The notes under the pieces were generated by a model. The model did not search any database, had not been told where the DNA came from, and saw nothing but the letters and a program-made list of their open reading frames with translations. The translations under genes were made by a program, and so were the position numbers. A DNA stretch of 32,000 nt from Mucisphaera calidilacus (GTDB lineage Bacteria > Planctomycetota > Phycisphaerae > Phycisphaerales > Phycisphaeraceae), in assembly GCF_007748075.1 (NCBI RefSeq), contig NZ_CP036280.1, positions 1,500,001 to 1,532,000 of the forward strand, read 5' to 3'. Positions 24,900-32,000 of this stretch are shown here, in pieces (within the stretch, counting starts at the first letter, position 1; the number at the start of each line of letters is the position of its first letter).

Positions 24900-26123
24900 A
24901 TGAAAATCGTCACCCGTAAGAACCTCCTCTGGACAGGCATCGCCGTCGCTTCCATCGGCCTCCTCGGCATCGCCGCCCTCCCCGCCGACGCACAATTCCG
25001 AGGCGACCGGCAAGGCCCCGATCGCCGAGGAATGATGAGCCCCGAGAAACCCGAGGCCCGAGGCGACCAGAGGACCCAGATGCTCCGCACCCTCTTCCGC
25101 GACGTCAACCTCACCGACGAGCAACGCGAAACAGCCCTCGAGATCGGCAAGCAGCACCGCGCCGAGATGCAGGCCTGGCGAGAAGCCAATGAGCCCCAGC
25201 TCCGCGAGCTCATGGCCGACGCCCGCGACGCCCGCGAACTCGACGACCGCGACCAGCTCCAGGCACTCATGGCCGAATTCCGCGAACTCCGCGAATCCGC
25301 ACCCCAGATGACCGACAGCCTCGAAGGCATCCGCGACATCCTCGACGAAGACCAGCTAGCCACCTTCGATGAGAACCTGGAGAAGATCCGCAGCCAGATC
25401 GAGCGACGCATGCCGCAGCCCGGCGAACGACGCGGACCCGGCTTCGACCAAGGCCGACAAGGCCGTGGCGGCCCCGGTTTCGACCAGCGACGGCAGGGAC
25501 CGGGCCGACCCGGCTTCGACCAAGGCCGACAAGGCCGTGGCGGCCCCGGTTTCGATCAGCGACGTCAGGGCCCGGGCCGACCCGGCTTCGATGGGCAGCG
25601 ACAAGGCCCTCCCGGCCCAGGCGGCCCCGAGGCCCGAGGCGACCAGCGGACCCAGATGCTCCGCACCCTCTTCCGCGACGTCAACCTCACCGACGAGCAA
25701 CGCGAAGCAGCCCTCGAGATCGGCAAGCAGCACCGCGCCGAGATGCAGGCCTGGCGAGAGGCCAACGAGCCCCAGCTCCGCGAGCTCATGGCCGACGCCC
25801 GCGACGCCCGCGAACTCGACGACCGCGACCAGCTCCAGGCACTCATGGCCGAATTCCGCGAACTCCGCGAATCCGCACCCCAGATGACCGACAGCCTCGA
25901 AGGCATCCGCGACATCCTCGACGAAGACCAGCTAGCCACCTTCGATGAGAACCTGGAGAAGATCCGCAGCCAGATCGAGCGACGCATGCCGCAGCCCGGC
26001 GAACGACGCGGACCCGGACGAGACGCTCAGCGACCCCGTGGCCCCCGGTCACAGGCCGCACCCGAGCAATCTGGCACCACTTCGGCAGAAAAAAGTAGCA
26101 CAGAGGATCAGCTTGATTTATGA
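24900..26123 (+). CDS. Spy/CpxP (LTXXQ)-like periplasmic protein, internally duplicated
   Basis: Signal peptide ..GIAALPADAQ. Two copies of a ~130-aa helical module containing NLTDEQRE.ALEIGKQHRAEMQAWRE. They are joined by a Gly/Pro/Gln/Arg-rich repeat linker. Confidence 0.8.
   Translation: MKIVTRKNLLWTGIAVASIGLLGIAALPADAQFRGDRQGPDRRGMMSPEKPEARGDQRTQMLRTLFRDVNLTDEQRETALEIGKQHRAEMQAWREANEPQLRELMADARDARELDDRDQLQALMAEFRELRESAPQMTDSLEGIRDILDEDQLATFDENLEKIRSQIERRMPQPGERRGPGFDQGRQGRGGPGFDQRRQGPGRPGFDQGRQGRGGPGFDQRRQGPGRPGFDGQRQGPPGPGGPEARGDQRTQMLRTLFRDVNLTDEQREAALEIGKQHRAEMQAWREANEPQLRELMADARDARELDDRDQLQALMAEFRELRESAPQMTDSLEGIRDILDEDQLATFDENLEKIRSQIERRMPQPGERRGPGRDAQRPRGPRSQAAPEQSGTTSAEKSSTEDQLDL
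25051..25441 (+). repeat. 391-nt direct repeat, copy 1 (module 1 of the Spy/CpxP-like gene)
   Basis: 4 mismatches by eye against 25627-26017. The offset is 576 nt, so the repeat is in frame. Confidence 0.92.
25436..25610 (+). repeat. 72-nt tandem repeat, about 2.4 units, encoding PGFDQGRQGRGGPGFDQRRQGPGR
   Basis: Units start at 25436, 25508 and 25580. The first two are near-identical and the third decays. Confidence 0.85.
25627..26017 (+). repeat. 391-nt direct repeat, copy 2
   Basis: See 25051-25441. Confidence 0.92.
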
Positions 26124-26175
26124 TTCAGACGGAGGAAGTACCTCCATGCTCACCGGAAAAGGTGGCGAGACACGG

Positions 26176-26210
26176 GAACCCGATGAGAGAACATCTCATC
26201 GGGTTCTTTC
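26176..26210 (+). terminator. rho-independent terminator after the Spy/CpxP-like gene
   Basis: gaacccgatgaga gaaca tctcatcgggttc gives a 13-bp perfect stem and a 5-nt loop, followed by TTT. Confidence 0.7.
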
Positions 26211-26262
26211 ATGAACAACGTCAATCTCGGTAACCCGGTAAACATGGGCGATTCCCGCGCCC

Positions 26263-27210
26263 CTACTGAACCGCACCCTCCGTCATCCGCATGAACGCCG
26301 TTTCCAGACTCGCCTCCTCACGCCTCAGCTCAACCAGCTTTAACCCCGCCTCCACCAGACACCGCGCTATCTGACCCACCGTCTCCGGGTGATGAGCCTC
26401 CAGCTCCACCAACAGCCCCTCCGCCTCCACACGAACACCCGTCACCCCCGACAACCCCGCCAACGCCCGCCGGGCATCATCCGCACGCTCCGCCACACGC
26501 ACGTGCAGCCGCCCGCCCGTCTCCGTCCGCGCCAGCAACTCATCCTTCCCGCCCACGAACTTCAGCTTCCCCCGCTCGATGATCCCGAACTTGTTACACA
26601 ACTCCGACAGCTCCGGCAGAATGTGCGAACTGATCAGAATCGTCTTGCCCATCCGGTGCAGCTCCTTGAGCAGCTCACGCATCTCCACCCGCGCCCGCGG
26701 ATCCAGACCCGACGCCGGCTCATCCAGCAGCAGCAGCTTCGGATCGTGAAGCAGCGCCCGCGCCACCGACAAACGCTGCTGCATGCCTCGCGACAAACCA
26801 TTCACCTCCGAAAGCGACTTGCCCGTCAGGTCCGTCAGCTCCAGCACGTCCCCGATCACACGCCGGCGATCCTGCCCCATGATCCCGTACGACGCCGCAA
26901 AAAACTCCAGATACTCCGTCACCGTCAGGTCCGCGTACGACCCGAAAAAGTCAGGCACGTACGCGATGATCCGACGCACCTCCTGAGCATTCACCGGCCC
27001 CACACTCAACCCGTCAATCCGAGCCTCACCCCACGTCGGCTTCAGCAGCGTCGACAGAATCTTCATCGTCGTCGTCTTGCCCGCCCCGTTCGGACCCAGA
27101 AAACCAAACGCGTCACCCTCCTCCACCGTCAGCGTCAGATGATCCAACGCCACCAGCTCGCCATACTTCTTCGTCAGGTTCTGAGTCTGGATCATGCCCA
27201 TCACGCTCAC
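26263..27210 (-). CDS. ABC transporter ATP-binding protein (ABC-2/DrrA-like, with C-terminal accessory domain)
   Basis: Walker A GPNGAGKTT, signature LSRGMQQR, Walker B LLLLDEP, H-loop SSHIL. GTG 27210 overlaps the upstream stop (GTGA). ATG 27201 or 27195 are alternative starts. Confidence 0.9.
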   Translation of the reverse strand: MSVMGMIQTQNLTKKYGELVALDHLTLTVEEGDAFGFLGPNGAGKTTTMKILSTLLKPTWGEARIDGLSVGPVNAQEVRRIIAYVPDFFGSYADLTVTEYLEFFAASYGIMGQDRRRVIGDVLELTDLTGKSLSEVNGLSRGMQQRLSVARALLHDPKLLLLDEPASGLDPRARVEMRELLKELHRMGKTILISSHILPELSELCNKFGIIERGKLKFVGGKDELLARTETGGRLHVRVAERADDARRALAGLSGVTGVRVEAEGLLVELEAHHPETVGQIARCLVEAGLKLVELRREEASLETAFMRMTEGAVQ

Positions 27211-29459
27211 TCCGTCCCACGCACACCCGCACCAAGATCAACGATCAGACGCAACGCCGTCACACCCGACGACACCGGCTCACGACCACGCACCACGAAA
27301 CGACCCGCCAGCGGACTCTCCTCCACCAACCCCGTCAGGATCAGAACCCCCGGCTGCAAACGATGACTCAGGTCAAGGTCACGCATCAACCCGCGACGGA
27401 TCACCGTCGCACGATCCTGCAGCTCAGTCAGCACGTGGAAACGTGGCGGCGGCATCAGCTCATAAAACGTCAGCACCCGCAGCTTCGCCAGAAAATGACT
27501 CCGCGACGACCCCGGAATCCCTCCCACACCCTGACCCATCCCCAGAACGCCACGCGTCGGGAACACCGACAACTGAGCGCCCAGGAAACCCTCCATCCTC
27601 AAACTCCGCACACCGTCAAAACCGTAATGCGACGGACGCCGAACCAGACGCAACGCCTCCGTCGGCGGCTCCAACACGATCAACCCCGCATCAGACCGCG
27701 TCACACGCCACGTCAACGCACGCGCCGGATCCGACTCGCCCTCCGGCAGATACGTCGCCTGCACGTAAAGCACCCGCGCCGGAAGCCCGTGCCGGATCTC
27801 ACCCACAGGCAACCCGTCCACCAGCTCCAGGCCGTGATGGATCGTCGCCGCATAACCCAGGTCATCCACCGGCCCCACCATCGTCGCCTTGATCATCCGC
27901 GACGCCGATCGCGACGGAACCGTTAACGAAGAAGGATCAGTCGTATCTACCGGGTACGCACGCGCGTCCAGGAACGGCACGCTCGCCAGCCCAGGCCAGC
28001 CCGGCGACGACAGCAACGCACGCGACCCGCCCTGCTCAAAACCGATCGAGACTTCATTGAACTCAGGCATATACACAGACAGCCACGTCTCCACCCGACC
28101 CACACCCTCCGTCAGATCAACGTCCACAAAACTCATGTGACGCAGCTGCGACTGCCCGCTGCCCGTGAACAACGCCACCGACCACGTCATCACGCCGAAC
28201 AACACCGTCAGCCCCGCAAACGCCAGCCACGCGTAACCGCTCCGCTGCTGACGCTTGAGCACGAAGTAACTCACCGGGCCCGCCAGCAACCAGTAGCCCA
28301 CCAGCATCAGCAGCAACAGATTCAGCCAGCCGCCCACCGAACGCTGCAGGTCCACCGGAGCCGAAAGATCCTCATCCAGGTCCGTCTTGATCCGCACCGG
28401 CGAATCCTCCGAGCTGATCTTCCGGTCACGGATCGCCTGCTCAAGCATCGCCCTCGGCAGCACAGGGTCCTGCCAGCCGAACACCCGATGCCAAAGCCGA
28501 AAACGGCTGTCGTCCGCCACCTTCCGACGAAAACCCGGATCGGTCACGTCCGCCCCCAACACCGTCACACGACCCATCCCGTACACACCCGAGACCAGTA
28601 ACGCCGATCCATCATCCAGGCGACCACGCACCCACGCGCCTTCACGCGGCACCATCGTCTGCATCACCACCGAATACGAACCCTCCGTCACACGACGCCC
28701 CAGCCACGCCGGCGGCCGCGCCTCCACACGACGAACCAGACCCGGACGGATCGGCAGCAGATCACGCACCGAACTGCTCGTCCACGTCTCACCCGCCGAA
28801 GGCAGAATCACCACCAGCTCGCCCCCGCCATACACCCACGCACGCAAAGCCTCCCGCTGAGCAGGCGACCACGAAGCCCCCGACGGATCTCCCCCGCCCT
28901 CACCCCAGCAGATCACGTCGATCGCATCCAGACCCTGGGCACGGTCCGGCAGATCACTCAGCTCCTGACCCTGAATCACCTGCACTGGCTCATGACGCGT
29001 CACACCCGTCTCGAACGCCCGAAGCCCCGTCCGACCCGACGCCAGCTGAAGAATCCGCTTCACGTGAGGCGTACCACCCATCACGCTCTGCACCGTCACC
29101 TCCCCCAGCGGAACACCCGTTTCCCCATCCGACGCCGTCACCCGAACGCGAAGCTGCGCCGCCGCCGCCACACCATAAAGCCACGTGTCCACCCGCCGAT
29201 TCCCGTCCACCGTCACGACACGCTCATACAACGCCGTGTCACCGTCCGAATCACCAAGCGGCAGCCGCAAACGCACCGACACCGGCTCCGCGCTCGTGTT
29301 CTCCACACCCACACGCACCGGCGACCACAGGCCCGGATAAAGACGACCCTCAAACCCCAGCGAACTCTGATCCACATCAAGACGAATCGACCCGTACGCC
29401 GGCACACACGCCAGCGACACCAGGAAACACAGCATCAGAATCGTCTTGATCAGCTTCAT
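27207..29459 (-). CDS. 750-aa membrane protein of unknown function (signal peptide, large N- and C-terminal extracytoplasmic regions, central TM hairpin)
   Basis: ORF trimmed to ATG 29459 (MKLIKTILMLCFLVSLACVPAYG). Hydrophobic segments WLNLLLLMLVGYWLLAGPVSYFVL and YAWLAFAGLTVLFGVMTWSVALF. A GATase1-like / ABC-auxiliary-like stretch reads DVICWGEGG...REALRAWVYGGGELVVILPS. Confidence 0.8.
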   Translation of the reverse strand: MKLIKTILMLCFLVSLACVPAYGSIRLDVDQSSLGFEGRLYPGLWSPVRVGVENTSAEPVSVRLRLPLGDSDGDTALYERVVTVDGNRRVDTWLYGVAAAAQLRVRVTASDGETGVPLGEVTVQSVMGGTPHVKRILQLASGRTGLRAFETGVTRHEPVQVIQGQELSDLPDRAQGLDAIDVICWGEGGGDPSGASWSPAQREALRAWVYGGGELVVILPSAGETWTSSSVRDLLPIRPGLVRRVEARPPAWLGRRVTEGSYSVVMQTMVPREGAWVRGRLDDGSALLVSGVYGMGRVTVLGADVTDPGFRRKVADDSRFRLWHRVFGWQDPVLPRAMLEQAIRDRKISSEDSPVRIKTDLDEDLSAPVDLQRSVGGWLNLLLLMLVGYWLLAGPVSYFVLKRQQRSGYAWLAFAGLTVLFGVMTWSVALFTGSGQSQLRHMSFVDVDLTEGVGRVETWLSVYMPEFNEVSIGFEQGGSRALLSSPGWPGLASVPFLDARAYPVDTTDPSSLTVPSRSASRMIKATMVGPVDDLGYAATIHHGLELVDGLPVGEIRHGLPARVLYVQATYLPEGESDPARALTWRVTRSDAGLIVLEPPTEALRLVRRPSHYGFDGVRSLRMEGFLGAQLSVFPTRGVLGMGQGVGGIPGSSRSHFLAKLRVLTFYELMPPPRFHVLTELQDRATVIRRGLMRDLDLSHRLQPGVLILTGLVEESPLAGRFVVRGREPVSSGVTALRLIVDLGAGVRGTE

Positions 29460-29568
29460 CTCGGGGTTCCCCGGAAAGTCGCTGGGATTGTAACCACTCA
29501 ACCGGCCGATAACCCGCCCCGTCACACGCCACGGGCCGACACACACACCTTACGTCGATACTCTCTCC

Positions 29569-29862
29569 GTGTTCGAACACGTCACCCTCACCATGATCCT
29601 CCCCCTCCTCGTCCTGGGCTATCTGCTGGTCACACTCGCCCTCCAACTCCTCACCTGCTACACCCACATCCGCATCGCACGATACGACCTCATCCGCGAG
29701 AGCAAAATCAAGCGACTCGAATACTTCCGCTCACTCGCCGGACGCATGGGTGACGACGACAACGAAAACGACACCATCGAGATCATCGACGACGACACCC
29801 CCGACGACGGCCCCATCCCCATGCCCCAGCCCGGCGAGTCCACCCAACGCATGGCCGCCTGA
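29569..29862 (+). CDS. small membrane protein with acidic C-terminal tail (hypothetical)
   Basis: GTG 29569 or ATG 29593. One TM helix (ILPLLVLGYLLVTLALQLL). C-rich third positions show the periodicity of other + strand genes. No recognisable family. Confidence 0.5.
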   Translation: MFEHVTLTMILPLLVLGYLLVTLALQLLTCYTHIRIARYDLIRESKIKRLEYFRSLAGRMGDDDNENDTIEIIDDDTPDDGPIPMPQPGESTQRMAA

Positions 29863-29894
29863 ACCACCCACCGTTGGCTGGTATCGTGATCGCC

Positions 29895-31298
29895 ATGAAC
29901 CGACTCCTCATCCGTGGCGGGCACCTGATCGACCCCCAGAACAACATCGACACCCAGGCCGACATCCTCCTCGTCGACGGCCGAGTCGCCAACGTCGGAA
30001 CCGTCCCGCCCTCCGAGGCCGACGGCACACCCACCCTCGACGCATCCGGACTCCTCGTCACCCCCGGACTCATCGACATCCACGTCCACTTCCGCGAGCC
30101 CGGCCAGGAACAGAAAGAAACCATCGCCACCGGCGCCGCAGCCGCCATCGCAGGCGGATTTACCTCCGTCTGCTGCATGCCCAACACCACACCCGCCATC
30201 GACGACGACGCCAGCATCGACTTCATCGACGAACGAGCCCACCGCGCCAACCTCGCCAACGTCTTCGCCACCGGATGCCTCACACGAAACCGCGCCGGCG
30301 AGGAACTCGCAGAAATCGCCCTCATGGCACAACGCGGAGCCGTCGCCTTCACCGACGACGGCACAGGCGTCGCCTCCGCCGACCTCATGGCCAAGGCCAT
30401 GACCTACGTCGGCATGACCGGACGCGCCGTCTTCCAGCACTGCGAAGACCCCACCCTCGGCGGGGGCGCCATGAACGCCGGACCCCTCGCCACGAGGCTC
30501 GGTCTCCCCGGATGGCCCGGCCTCGCCGAAGAACTCATGATCCAACGCGACCTCATGATCGCCCGATCACAGAACTACCACACCCGCTGGCACGCACAGC
30601 ACATGACCACCGCCAACGGCGCCGAACTCCTCCGACGCGCCAAACACGACGCCGGCGACAACGCACACCGCATCACAGGCGAGGTCTCACCCCACCACCT
30701 GCTCCTCACCGAAGAAGCCTGCGCCGAATACGACACCCACGCCAAGATGAACCCGCCCCTCCGCACCACCGCCGACATCGAAGCCCTCCGACAGGCCGTC
30801 GCCGACCGCACCATCACCATCCTCGCCACCGACCACGCCCCCCACACCGCCGAGGAAAAAGCCCTCGAGTTCGAGGACGCGCCCTACGGCATCATCGGCC
30901 TCGAACCCGCCCTCGCCCTCTACATCAAGGCGCTCATCGACGCCGGCACCATCGACTGGCCAAGACTCATCGAGATGATGACCATCCGCGGAGCCGAACT
31001 CTGCAACCTCGACGGCCGAGGACACCTCGCCACCGGTGCCCACGCCGACGTCACCCTCATCGACCCCAATCTCAACTGGACCATCGACGCCCACGCCTTC
31101 GCCGGCAAGGCCGCCAACTGCCCCTTCCACGGCTGGAACGTCCGCGGACGCGCCGTCGCCACCATCGTCTCAGGCGACATCAAGCTCCTCCGCGACGCCG
31201 ACCGACTCTCCGACGCAACCGCAACACCCCCCGCCGACGAAGCCGCACTGGCAACATTCGCCGCCGAACGCGCCGCCGCACCACCGCGTCAGGGCTGA
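29895..31298 (+). CDS. pyrC: dihydroorotase (class I, amidohydrolase superfamily)
   Basis: ATG 29895 (MNRLLIRGG.LIDP). GLIDIHVHFREPG (HxH metal site), PNT.P, VSPHHL, ATDHAPH. Confidence 0.9.
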   Translation: MNRLLIRGGHLIDPQNNIDTQADILLVDGRVANVGTVPPSEADGTPTLDASGLLVTPGLIDIHVHFREPGQEQKETIATGAAAAIAGGFTSVCCMPNTTPAIDDDASIDFIDERAHRANLANVFATGCLTRNRAGEELAEIALMAQRGAVAFTDDGTGVASADLMAKAMTYVGMTGRAVFQHCEDPTLGGGAMNAGPLATRLGLPGWPGLAEELMIQRDLMIARSQNYHTRWHAQHMTTANGAELLRRAKHDAGDNAHRITGEVSPHHLLLTEEACAEYDTHAKMNPPLRTTADIEALRQAVADRTITILATDHAPHTAEEKALEFEDAPYGIIGLEPALALYIKALIDAGTIDWPRLIEMMTIRGAELCNLDGRGHLATGAHADVTLIDPNLNWTIDAHAFAGKAANCPFHGWNVRGRAVATIVSGDIKLLRDADRLSDATATPPADEAALATFAAERAAAPPRQG

Positions 31299-31302
31299 AC
31301 CC

Positions 31303-31989
31303 TCACTCCCCCTCCGGCCCGACCAGAACCTGCCCCCTGCGCAAACCGTAATACCCGCCCATCGGCTCCGGCACCGTCGCCTTGCCGCCCACGTCACAAC
31401 CCGAGTGCGACAAACGCGAACCCGTGTGCACCGACATGTGCAGGTGCGGCCAGGTCGTGCCCGAATCACCCGACTTGCCGATCACCTCGCTCCGCTTCAC
31501 CCACACCTCCGGCTCGCCATACGCCACCTCCGGGAAACGACGCTCTGAAAGATGCGCATAGATCGACGTCACGCCCTCGCCGTGATCGATCACCACGTAC
31601 TGACCGTAACCATCCTCACGGTGCTGGCACGTCACCACACGACCCGGCGCCACCGCCAGCACCTCCGTCCCGGCGGGCAGATCAAAGTCCAGCGCAAAGA
31701 AATCATTCGCCGCACCATCGCGCCCGATCGTCTTGTGCGTCCACCAACGCGCCTCGTGACCATACCCCTCCTCCACCGTGAACGAACCGCGGAACGGCAG
31801 CGACAAACGCATCCCCTCCGGCAGATGAGCCGTCCCCGACATCAGATCCCTCGGCCGAGGCGTCAGAAATCGCATCTCACGCACCGCCTCCGCCGACGCC
31901 GCCGGCTTGCCCAGCACCGCTCCGCCCACGATCGTCGCCACGTCACGACGCACTGGCGCCGCCTTCCCATCCGCGTCCGACGGGTGCAC
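31303..31989 (-). CDS. M23-family (LytM-type) metallopeptidase
   Basis: VVIDHGEGVTSIYAHLS (HxxxD), GKSGDSGTTWPHLHMSVH (HxH). The GTG at 31989 is only the first start candidate; the frame stays open to the window end, so the N-terminus may be truncated. Confidence 0.8.
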   Translation of the reverse strand: MHPSDADGKAAPVRRDVATIVGGAVLGKPAASAEAVREMRFLTPRPRDLMSGTAHLPEGMRLSLPFRGSFTVEEGYGHEARWWTHKTIGRDGAANDFFALDFDLPAGTEVLAVAPGRVVTCQHREDGYGQYVVIDHGEGVTSIYAHLSERRFPEVAYGEPEVWVKRSEVIGKSGDSGTTWPHLHMSVHTGSRLSHSGCDVGGKATVPEPMGGYYGLRRGQVLVGPEGE

Positions 31990-32000
31990 CCGATTCGTCA

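Noticed and set aside
24830-25987. Two near-identical antisense ORFs (24830..25411 and 25565..25987)
   Set aside because: They are shadows of the 391-nt internal duplication of the Spy/CpxP-like gene on the opposite strand. They are Ser/Arg-rich low-complexity translations.
1-32000. CRISPR arrays, tRNA/rRNA genes, transposases, integrases, phage or toxin-antitoxin modules
   Set aside because: I scanned intergenic regions and ORF translations. There are no regularly spaced short repeats, no tRNA-like T-arm sequences in non-coding DNA, and no recombinase or transposase motifs.

Overview
High-GC (about 60-65% by eye) bacterial chromosomal window with about 29 protein-coding genes on both strands. 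I saw no rRNA, tRNA, CRISPR array or recognisable mobile element. Most genes are housekeeping: an shc fragment at the left edge (missed by the ORF track), purN, gluQ, ribE, aspS, an asnB-type amidotransferase, def-fmt, HU/IHF, bioF, apbC/mrp and pyrC. Envelope and accessory genes are interspersed. These are four PEP-CTERM-tailed secreted proteins (LamG lectin-like, SGNH esterase, a 227-aa unknown, a DUF839/PhoX-like protein), a REC-like/PP2C phosphatase, an ArsR / CoA-disulfide-reductase-rhodanese / YgaP-like sulfur-stress operon, an internally duplicated Spy/CpxP-like periplasmic protein, and a 750-aa membrane protein coupled to an ABC ATPase with no permease nearby. The most system-like and least characterised locus is 16.6-20.9 kb. 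There a PadR regulator is translationally coupled to two tandem single-pass membrane proteins. These share a ~97% identical DUF1700/HAAS-like cytoplasmic head plus TM helix, but have strongly diverged ~500-aa ectodomains ending in a pseudopilin (GspG)-like module. Separately, the whole window shows a very strong DNA-strand compositional asymmetry: the + strand is C- and A-rich regardless of gene orientation. This gives + and - strand genes mirror-image codon usage and produces many long spurious ORFs in the supplied track. PEP-CTERM tails, a hopanoid cyclase and the gene content suggest a PVC/Planctomycetota-like Gram-negative organism, but taxonomy cannot be established from this window. All family calls rest on motif recognition by eye; no database search was run.
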